26,151 nt of DNA from a virus. Taxonomy: Duplodnaviria > Caudoviricetes. The position numbers and the translations under genes were made by a program. Every line of letters starts with the position of its first letter. Within the stretch, counting starts at the first letter, position 1. Positions 20,301 to 26,151 of the stretch are shown one piece after another. The stretch spans positions 1 through 26,151 of IMG/VR virus record IMGVR_UViG_3300020042_003013. One strand, written 5' to 3'. The notes under the pieces were generated by a model. It worked only from the letters and a program-made list of their open reading frames with translations. It made no database searches and was not told the DNA's origin.

Positions 20301-20947
20301 CTGATGCTGACTTACTTAAGCTAATGATGTTAGATCTTAATGCTGATAGAGCAATCCCTTTACCTGTAGCTACTGTTCATGATTCATTGATCACAACAAT
20401 GGATACAATGCATCTATACCGTAATACTTATAATAACATAGCAATCCCTCAAGCAATCCCTGAGATTAAAAAGTTTGCTAAACAATTACAAGATGCTTAT
20501 GTTAAAGCTAAAAGTGAAGTGTTTACTAGAACAGCTGGCGCATCAGATGTAGGTATTGGTACTAAAGGAGATTTCCCTGCATTGGGTTCTTTCTTTGATG
20601 ACCTTAATAAGAAGACTAATAATAGTCCAGAGTACGAAGCATATATTAAAAATAGATCTAAAGATCCAGAAGCAAGTTGGAAAGATCTTAAAGCAAAGAA
20701 CAATCAATTATTAGATAAAGCTAAAAAAGCAGGTTGGATTGAAGGTATATCTAATCTAACAGTATCTGGGTCACAATTCAGAGACTTATTTAATATGATT
20801 GAATCCTACCAACAATTAGGTGGTGCAGAAAATATGTTTAAGATTTTTGCAAATGAGTTTGAAGGAAAAGTAGATCAAGGTTTTAAAGCATTACGCACAA
20901 ACGGTAATGTAATAAAGCATGGTATTGCTCAGATGACTCACGCATAA
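17333..20947 (+). CDS. Putative virion-encapsidated single-subunit RNA polymerase
   Basis: Motif A YDDGNQNG (19484-19507), motif B K-x7-YG (KAPLMQNAYG, 19718-19747), PIQSTDA, and motif C TVHDS (~20372-20386), in the correct order. No Cys; last gene of the ejection cassette. Confidence 0.78.
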   Translation: MAINVNVNTQGRAPLSAEQLQAFSSQAFGTGSAPQVEIPGTEAVKQAMDIYNPQPIPVVPLPARGIAGPINVDRLSAESTPEDLAQATQSSLAGRERLSLIEDEQGMPQFNPETGEYATQPITMAEYGQQQEADLATRPNMAPALMTEDPVEAGQAILRARASVSSAESMPAGTSQFMGIDDSTIKQWADTAAPALSMVSDATAADLFSPEAVIRSTAEGYYGVPAGLEIMNTNNIPLEYARPLSTVLGIAHARATEQSRLFKNGTKIDSLENVTEVRDANGNLMDAQPKTNLVNSTIASMQNALSNLGMDIPPEAVRQLAEAKVEAEIAQHRHTPMLDRNNNWVYGSSKELKDLSAELSYMSAALAGDERRPLPSKVPQISGSNFIKPGSQGTKNSLPMEGAKQPVAETVKDIFGSIGEIFLPKAMMSTSMQLEDIKRNMVDGPEGYYSASPFSKRHKVSLADYNKLKQRVKPPSDYDANNPVSRAKFVELQNQHAKTTINNAIQFMEYDLENAQKIKGVVYTGYSHSMANQRFFRTNAGTDILASKNATREMLNFGIQGLTYANHFFDPVKIKNLQDKAMGIFSKSGKARNKALMALTPDERTALGLMESAVINYYSYSGDPSVHNKDIKKQPEIQLIRMYTPDIGKHLGVLGKEYNDWLSGNVPEGSNIVNILANMPRGEAQSHQNLYDDFFQLGQAALDPAMANRFIKLSALNYDDGNQNGIFIQSLYASKPTVAIRLGSYNPNLADMRGYALSIIGDHLSTLIVDNKDRLDGWKIFFSEALNEKLASDLFKAPLMQNAYGKDSGMFFDHVLSFLENSQEYNAIFAERVLPNYNSSTEAAQDLSNALDSTLRKVIDPSFTRMLKKVGRMFAVMNSIPILKGITGDDTVYSSVDLGFIPDEFRNVEGTGVTPEGQQYTTLDKGVETNTYLAPEGIVEVQSARRMYNAAASKPNQSFYNKAKNKFDLFENAPGSALSRLLGVMPIQSTDADLLKLMMLDLNADRAIPLPVATVHDSLITTMDTMHLYRNTYNNIAIPQAIPEIKKFAKQLQDAYVKAKSEVFTRTAGASDVGIGTKGDFPALGSFFDDLNKKTNNSPEYEAYIKNRSKDPEASWKDLKAKNNQLLDKAKKAGWIEGISNLTVSGSQFRDLFNMIESYQQLGGAENMFKIFANEFEGKVDQGFKALRTNGNVIKHGIAQMTHA

Positions 20948-20952
20948 GAAAT

Positions 20953-20997
20953 AAAAAAGCCCTTCAAGGAATTATCCTTGAGGGGCTATTTTTTTTT
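20953..20997. terminator. Bidirectional rho-independent terminator
   Basis: A-tract, stem AGCCCTTCAAGGA / TCCTTGAGGGGCT with ATTA loop, then T-tract; lies between convergent operons. Confidence 0.88.
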
Positions 20998-21250
20998 AAC
21001 TTAACTTTTTAATCTCTTGACGAATACCATCTGCATTAGCATCAGCTAAAGACAATGCTTCATCTGGGGAATATCCTTTTTTAAGGTATCCTTCATAATT
21101 TCCTTTGTGCATCTTGCGAATAGCAGCTTCATTAATCTCTGGAGTGCCAGCTAATTTAGGGTCTAATCCTAAGTTAGCGCATACATCTACATCAGGTGTT
21201 TCTTTATCACCTCTTAAGGCAAAGATGTTATAGTTCTTATATGGCTTCAT
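20996..21250 (-). CDS. Hypothetical protein
   Basis: 84-aa ORF with ATGA overlap to the dps stop. Confidence 0.7.
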   Translation of the reverse strand: MKPYKNYNIFALRGDKETPDVDVCANLGLDPKLAGTPEINEAAIRKMHKGNYEGYLKKGYSPDEALSLADANADGIRQEIKKLS

Positions 21251-21726
21251 TTAAAACTCTTTCCAATAGTTGCTTTAATCTTCCAATGTAATTTACCTAA
21301 GTCTTTAAGGTAGTCACCAATAAAAGTATTTAAACCACCATAACATGCCTCATCAGCAATATCAAATAATGACTGTGCATTTTCATGTAACAACTCAAAG
21401 TCATTACATAGTTCAGTAAACATAGTCTTACTAGTTTCACCTAACTTATTGCATTCAATAATCTCTGTATTATCTAAAATAGATTTGAGGGAGGGTAACG
21501 TTGGCTTATCTAGTTGACGAATTTGTTCACCTAAACTATCATGTGACTCCCAAAGGAAGTTATAGATTTCTTCTAATAGCGCATGATCTTGAGCAAAGGT
21601 TGGCCCTTCAACATTGAAGTGGTAACCATGTGACTTGTAGTATACAGTAAAGTTATCTGCAAAAAGATTACGTAATGGCATTAACACCATAGACGAATTA
21701 GATCCAGATAAAGGAGATGTTGACAT
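21247..21726 (-). CDS. dps: Dps / ferritin-like DNA protection protein
   Basis: KSHGYHFNVEGPTFAQDHALLEE...DSLGEQIR and KLHW motifs. Start moved to ATG 21726 (AAGGA RBS); 159 aa. Confidence 0.85.
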   Translation of the reverse strand: MSTSPLSGSNSSMVLMPLRNLFADNFTVYYKSHGYHFNVEGPTFAQDHALLEEIYNFLWESHDSLGEQIRQLDKPTLPSLKSILDNTEIIECNKLGETSKTMFTELCNDFELLHENAQSLFDIADEACYGGLNTFIGDYLKDLGKLHWKIKATIGKSFK

Positions 21727-21829
21727 TAGGTTGTTCCTTGTTTGGTTGTTTTGATTTACCAAAGATCTGATCGTAATTATCTTTGTATTTCTTTTCGTCA
21801 GTAGGTCTACGATTACTACCTTTACTCAT
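21698..21829 (-). CDS. Small basic hypothetical protein, 43 aa, absent from the ORF track
   Basis: Manual translation gives MSKGSNRRPTDEKKYKDNYDQIFGKSKQPNKEQPNVNISFIWI; fills the gap and overlaps both neighbours. Confidence 0.65.
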   Translation of the reverse strand: MSKGSNRRPTDEKKYKDNYDQIFGKSKQPNKEQPNVNISFIWI

Positions 21830-22061
21830 TAGCTTCTGCCCAGTCCATAGTATGTGAGTAGTCATCTACAAAGGCTAAATGAGATCCTAATGGAGGGAAG
21901 TAACCCATACCTCGTAAGAACCTTTCAAATTGTTCTACTACCTCAGTAATATGGGAGTGAGCAGACATTTCCATACGAGTAATTAATTTAGGATTGCTAT
22001 GATTGCATTCAAAGATAATGCTATCATCATACATATCTCGAATATCATATTCATTTATCAT
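21822..22061 (-). CDS. Hypothetical protein
   Basis: 79 aa, EVVEQFERFLRGMGY motif typical of small phage proteins; GGAG RBS. Confidence 0.7.
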   Translation of the reverse strand: MINEYDIRDMYDDSIIFECNHSNPKLITRMEMSAHSHITEVVEQFERFLRGMGYFPPLGSHLAFVDDYSHTMDWAEANE

Positions 22062-22401
22062 CTAGTTCTCCTACTAATTCTGAAAAAGTTTTTCTAGCAC
22101 CCAAAGTAGTTTTACTTTTGATAGATGCTTTTTTATGTTCTTCAGTATAATTATCTATATTTGCAGCCATAAATTCTTGTAATGATACTAACTCATTAAT
22201 AAGTAAAGATAATTTTTTATATTTCTCAACATAATTTTTTGGTTGGTAAACACTAAAATCTAAGCTAACATTTCTATTGCAGTCAGATATAATAACAGTA
22301 GCATCCATAGACCAATCACTGATATAACAATTGGTTTGAATAGCTGCTATTCCTTCTTTGCTATTAAGGAATTTTCTTGAATTGTGTGATTTAAATTTCA
22401 T
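22051..22401 (-). CDS. Hypothetical protein
   Basis: Start moved to ATG 22401 (AGGA RBS directly after the tRNA CCA), avoiding overlap with the tRNA; 116 aa. Confidence 0.7.
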   Translation of the reverse strand: MKFKSHNSRKFLNSKEGIAAIQTNCYISDWSMDATVIISDCNRNVSLDFSVYQPKNYVEKYKKLSLLINELVSLQEFMAANIDNYTEEHKKASIKSKTTLGARKTFSELVGELDDK

Positions 22402-22411
22402 ATGTGTCCTA

Positions 22412-22486
22412 TGGTGGGTCATGCATGAATCGAACATGCACTCGTGACTTAGAAGATCACTGTTCTATCCATTGAACTAATGACCC
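22412..22486 (-). tRNA. tRNA-Arg(UCU)
   Basis: Cloverleaf GGGTCAT-TA-GTTC/GAAC-A-GTGAT CT TCT AA GTCAC-GAGT-GCATG TTCGATT CATGC-ATGACCC-A-CCA. Confidence 0.92.
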
Positions 22487-22494
22487 TTGTTGTT

Positions 22495-22569
22495 TGGTTG
22501 CGGGGAATGGTTTTGCACCATTGACCTCTGGATTATGAGTCCAGCGCTCTCCTACTGAGCTACCCCGCA
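22495..22569 (-). tRNA. tRNA-Met(CAU), initiator-like
   Basis: Cloverleaf TGCGGGG-TA-GCTC/GAGC-G-CTGGA CT CAT AA TCCAG-AGGTC-AATGG TGCAAAA CCATT-CCCCGCA-A-CCA. Confidence 0.88.
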
Positions 22570-22575
22570 TTGTTC

Positions 22576-22587
22576 CTATTAGGGGAC
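22576..22587 (-). promoter_or_regulatory. Candidate phage RNAP promoter, copy 2 (GTCCCCTAATAG)
   Basis: Ends 6 nt before the tRNA-Met 5' end and overlaps the thioredoxin stop codon. Confidence 0.6.
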
Positions 22588-22848
22588 AGCTGTTCCTGTA
22601 ATAAAAGTATCTAGCTCAGGTAAAGAAATAGATCCACTAATTTTACGAATCATATTATCCTTCTCATCAGCTAACACAAATGTAGGTACAGTCTTAACAC
22701 CATACCTCTCTCTAAGTTCTGTGTTATCCATTGCATTAACATTAGTTAGCACTACACCATAGTCATAATGAAAGTCTATATCTTTAATACGACTATTCAT
22801 TTGTCTACATGGTACACAAGTATCTGTATAAAATTTATATAGGTTCAA
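22579..22848 (-). CDS. Thioredoxin
   Basis: FY...CVPC active site and YGVKTVPTFV cis-Pro motif; TTG start overlaps the nrdJ stop. Confidence 0.85.
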   Translation of the reverse strand: MNLYKFYTDTCVPCRQMNSRIKDIDFHYDYGVVLTNVNAMDNTELRERYGVKTVPTFVLADEKDNMIRKISGSISLPELDTFITGTAVP

Positions 22849-24719
22849 ATCTCACATCCTCCAGCTGCACATGCTAATGTTTGAGCACCCTCAACATTAT
22901 CACGGTCTTCAATAAAACTTTCCCAATCAATTGTTGGGAGCGTATCTTTCAAGCGATGATAGACTGACAAGTCAATATCTTCGTATGGAGCCTGACGATA
23001 TGTACCACCATCATCAGGTAAAAAACTGATACCAGTACACTCATCAAAGTGTTCATATACCCATGCACCTACATCCATCCATTCATGTTCTTTAACGGAA
23101 ATAGTGACAGATGGTTTGTGTTCGCACCAATGACGTTGATACATTAACCAGATATCTAAATGTTCAATAGCGGTTAAGTCTTTGCGAGTAAATCCAGGTG
23201 AATGCTGTGGGAAACTAAACACAGATGTTTGATCAGGTTTCATTACACAATCTTCATGAGGTACACCTTGTTCAATTAAGAACTGTGTTAATGGATCTTT
23301 CTTATCCTGACGAATACGTCTAATATAGTATGGAGCATGTCCTGCATGGATACCACTACTTGTTTGCGTTAACTGTGATACAGTACCTTCAGGTTTAACA
23401 CAAGTAATAGCTGTTGATTCATTAATACCTAAGATCTCAGCCCATTCTTTATTAGTTTCACGAGCTACGTCACGTAGAGTAGATAACACTTCTTCTAAAT
23501 TGTAGTAGCCACCACGAAGAATACCATTGTCTAAAATACCAGTCATAGATACACCTAATAAACGTTCTGACTCAGTATTAGTACGCCAGATATCACGTAG
23601 GTAAGGGAAGTAAGTTAAGGTTGATTGCATAGTACCCATGATAGTAGCAATTCTTACTTTATGTTTGAGTGATTCCAAAGTATCTTCGGGAGATACGACA
23701 ACGGTAGATAGATTACAGAATTGGTAGGGCTTGAGGATAATTTCTGAGCAAGGGTTTGTTCCATAATCTGTGGTACTATCACGACGACCCCATTTAGCTG
23801 CTTGCTTTTGTGATGCTTCACGATTAAAGATTCCTCGTTCACCTGAATGACTATTATAAATGTCTAACCATTCTTTCATAAACTCACCTACAGAAGGTTT
23901 ACTATTGTATACTGCTGAGTTATTAGCTAAAGCACGTTCACCATGTTGTTCCCACCATGTACCTGTCTTAGCAGTAGCATGGTCATAATCCCCTAAGTCA
24001 CCTAAGCTAATCATAGCACTACGGCGTACACCACCTACAACAACTACCTCACCAATCTTACACATAATATCATGGCACTCGATAGGCTTTAAATTACGTC
24101 CTTGAGCCACCATAAACTTATTAACTGTATAACTAAACAAATCAATCAATGGGCCAGGACCAGAGGCACGACCACCAAAGGTTTTAAGTGGAGCACCTGC
24201 TGGACGTACTAATGATACATCCCATTGAGGAATAATACCTTTGTATAGCATACCAATAAGAATGCGGTAAGCATCACACCAACCTTCTTTACTATCTTGT
24301 ACTTTAATAGTAAAATCAGCAGCATTTACAAGGGTAGGTATTGGGGGTAACTGACTGGTATATTGTTGTTCAGCCGAGAAGCCTACGCCAGTACCACATA
24401 ATAGGATGTACATGGCTTCATCAAAACAACGAGGGTCATCAATAGGTAAATAAGAACAATTATATGCAGCTACGTTAGTGCGGCGAAGAGCCTCACCAGC
24501 TGTCATAACAGAACGCATTGAGGGTAATGAAGACAATGTATAAATTTCATTACGTAAAATTTCCCAGATACTATCATCTGGTTTTATTTTATTTTTTAAC
24601 TCTCTTTGAAAGAAAGTTATCCATCGATCAGAGGTTTCACCCCAATTTTCTCTACGTTTCTTTTCAGGTAAGTAACGAGCATAACGGGATTTGGCAATGA
24701 GTTGTTGATAAGAGTTCAT
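22845..24719 (-). CDS. nrdJ: Class II (adenosylcobalamin-dependent) ribonucleotide reductase, RTPR type
   Basis: PSMR, AYNC, GTGVGFS, VVGGVRRSAMI, GTNPCSEI, TCVKPEGTVS motifs and C-terminal CAAGGC. Confidence 0.93.
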   Translation of the reverse strand: MNSYQQLIAKSRYARYLPEKKRRENWGETSDRWITFFQRELKNKIKPDDSIWEILRNEIYTLSSLPSMRSVMTAGEALRRTNVAAYNCSYLPIDDPRCFDEAMYILLCGTGVGFSAEQQYTSQLPPIPTLVNAADFTIKVQDSKEGWCDAYRILIGMLYKGIIPQWDVSLVRPAGAPLKTFGGRASGPGPLIDLFSYTVNKFMVAQGRNLKPIECHDIMCKIGEVVVVGGVRRSAMISLGDLGDYDHATAKTGTWWEQHGERALANNSAVYNSKPSVGEFMKEWLDIYNSHSGERGIFNREASQKQAAKWGRRDSTTDYGTNPCSEIILKPYQFCNLSTVVVSPEDTLESLKHKVRIATIMGTMQSTLTYFPYLRDIWRTNTESERLLGVSMTGILDNGILRGGYYNLEEVLSTLRDVARETNKEWAEILGINESTAITCVKPEGTVSQLTQTSSGIHAGHAPYYIRRIRQDKKDPLTQFLIEQGVPHEDCVMKPDQTSVFSFPQHSPGFTRKDLTAIEHLDIWLMYQRHWCEHKPSVTISVKEHEWMDVGAWVYEHFDECTGISFLPDDGGTYRQAPYEDIDLSVYHRLKDTLPTIDWESFIEDRDNVEGAQTLACAAGGCEI

Positions 24720-24744
24720 GATTTCCTTTTGTTTTATTCTTCGG

Positions 24745-24755
24745 TATTAGGGGAC
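24745..24755 (-). promoter_or_regulatory. Candidate phage RNAP promoter, copy 3 (GTCCCCTAATA)
   Basis: Intergenic between the RNAP stop and the nrdJ RBS, sense orientation. Confidence 0.6.
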
Positions 24756-24757
24756 AA

Positions 24758-26151
24758 CTAGCAGAAAAAGTATTTAGATTCATAGACTTGTTTTAAATCT
24801 AATGTACCTTCTTCTGGGGGTGGAAATGTAAATGTATCTTTGTTAAGCATCAATGTATCCATAAGATTACTAAAGAAGTTTGGTATATCATATTGAGCTA
24901 CAAAGGTCATCTTAGTTACTTCTTGTAGGAAATCAACTTCACTGGCATGAGTACTAAAGCTATCATGCACAGCACCAAAGTTCCCATTAAAGATAGAAAT
25001 AACGTTAGCCATATGAGCAGCATCGTAACTATGAACGAGATTAGGGCTGATACCAGAAGCAAAGGAACGTCTACAAGGAACCTTTTCGCCAGTCTCTTTA
25101 TTGAGTACATCAACTTTAATAACATGTCTAATTCTTCCTTTAGGGTTTCCAGCAATACCTCTAATAGTACCTCTGTGTTTACGTTCATGTTGAAGAAATG
25201 CCTTATACACTACAGGAAATCCTGAGGGTGTATGCCATGATAACTGATTACGACCACAGTTAAGTTCATGTTCAGCAATCTTTTGTAAAAATTTAGTTGT
25301 CTTTAGTGGACCTGAGCATACAGCATTAATAGCTTTAATTAAGTTACCTGCTAGGTCTCCACATTCTTTTTCTGTAATACCATATTTAACAGTAAAACCT
25401 TCTACATGGCAGTCATCATACATATTCTTAGCAATACGTTGTTTACCTGCTGAGTATGCACGAGTCATAGAACCTCGTTTAGCGATACCCTTGCGGATAT
25501 CTTTCATAGGCATATTCTTTTCTTTAAAGTAGTCAGGCATAATGCTAATAAGTTCTTTAGCTACAGCTACATAAAAGTCTTTCTGTATAGGTGTAGGTAC
25601 TAATGATACTAATGTAGCTGCCTGAGTGTCTCTAGACATAGCTGCTAGATGCTGCCATCCATTGTTACTACCATCAATAGGTATAGGGAAGCCAGACATA
25701 TGTTTTTTACCTGTAGTTTTTGATTGAATATAATCTTTAATTTCAAGGCAACAAGCTAATAAGCTATAAGGCTTTTCAGCTGATGTATCTATAGTATATA
25801 ACCTAGCAATCTCAGCTATTTTATTTAAATTATTATCTACCCATATAGCTCTATCTTCAAGAGTCATTTTGTCAAGAGAGATAGTATCTAAACCTTCTCC
25901 TTTTAAATAACTTTTGTAATCAGTAGTAAAGTAATGTGGTAATTTATTAACATTAAACGATTCATTATAACAACCAGCTGTATGAACTTTAAGCCAGAAG
26001 TAACCACGATCATTCATTTCTTTTTTATTTTGAAATAAAAAGAGACTACGGGCTAAGTCACTACCCTGAAACTCTAAGAAGGATTCAGCATAGTATACTC
26101 GACCACGATAGTCACAGGATACTTCTTGATAGAAAGATCTATCACCAATTA
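24758..26151 (-). CDS. T7-like single-subunit DNA-directed RNA polymerase (5' end beyond the window)
   Basis: Frame is open to the window edge and encodes DYRGRVY...FQGSDLARSL upstream of the listed Met. Also IDGSNNGWQH (A), KRGSMTRAYS (B), PNLVHSYDA and AVHDSF (C). Confidence 0.93.
   Translation of the reverse strand, partial: IGDRSFYQEVSCDYRGRVYYAESFLEFQGSDLARSLFLFQNKKEMNDRGYFWLKVHTAGCYNESFNVNKLPHYFTTDYKSYLKGEGLDTISLDKMTLEDRAIWVDNNLNKIAEIARLYTIDTSAEKPYSLLACCLEIKDYIQSKTTGKKHMSGFPIPIDGSNNGWQHLAAMSRDTQAATLVSLVPTPIQKDFYVAVAKELISIMPDYFKEKNMPMKDIRKGIAKRGSMTRAYSAGKQRIAKNMYDDCHVEGFTVKYGITEKECGDLAGNLIKAINAVCSGPLKTTKFLQKIAEHELNCGRNQLSWHTPSGFPVVYKAFLQHERKHRGTIRGIAGNPKGRIRHVIKVDVLNKETGEKVPCRRSFASGISPNLVHSYDAAHMANVISIFNGNFGAVHDSFSTHASEVDFLQEVTKMTFVAQYDIPNFFSNLMDTLMLNKDTFTFPPPEEGTLDLKQVYESKYFFC

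Noticed and set aside
20977-20985. CTTGAGGGG shared with the 3' arm of the T7 T-phi terminator
   Set aside because: A nine-base match in a GC stem is too short to infer homology.
22402-22437. N-terminal extension of the 128-aa ORF
   Set aside because: Overlaps tRNA-Arg; ATG 22401 has a good RBS.
2096-25225. Other antisense or alternate-frame ORFs (2096-2296, 5916-6101, 9242-9505, 9765-10010, 11154-11438, 20497-20703, 23654-23842, 24518-24700, 24916-25188, 24947-25225)
   Set aside because: All lie within longer genes and lack protein-like features; only 2694-2882 (Rz1) was accepted as a nested gene.
24758-26017. 419-aa ORF as the separate large subunit of an N4-style split RNAPII
   Set aside because: The frame is open upstream and encodes DYRGRVY/QGSD with no stop and no clear RBS before ATG 26017, so it is the C-terminal part of a longer polymerase.
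1-26151. N4-type hairpin vRNAP promoters, inteins/introns, integrase, CRISPR, DGR
   Set aside because: None seen. nrdJ and both polymerases are uninterrupted, and early promoters would be expected outside this window.

Overview
This is a 26 kb, AT-rich segment of a lytic podovirus-like bacteriophage. Its host is Gram-negative, judging by the embedded spanin pair. The + strand (1-20947) is a late operon running: tail-fibre accessory genes (locally GC-richer), an expanded lysis cassette (small membrane proteins, an EF-hand holin candidate, Rz/Rz1 spanins, M15 endolysin), phoH, tail nozzle and fibre genes, then five cysteine-free internal virion (ejection) proteins. The last of these is a stand-alone 1204-aa protein carrying the A/B/C catalytic motifs of T7/N4-type RNA polymerases, i.e. 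a probable compact virion RNA polymerase. A bidirectional terminator (~20953-20997) separates this from a convergent - strand block. That block encodes a second, conventional T7-like single-subunit RNA polymerase (runs off the right edge), class II ribonucleotide reductase, thioredoxin, tRNA-Met(CAU), tRNA-Arg(UCU), small hypotheticals and a Dps protein. An 11-nt motif GTCCCCTAATA occurs three times at gene boundaries in sense orientation and is a candidate phage promoter. The highlight is a two-polymerase, N4-like transcription scheme built from non-N4 parts: a small separate vRNAP plus an unsplit second RNAP, with an SNase-like domain on a neighbouring ejected protein. All assignments come from motif reading by eye; no database searches were run.
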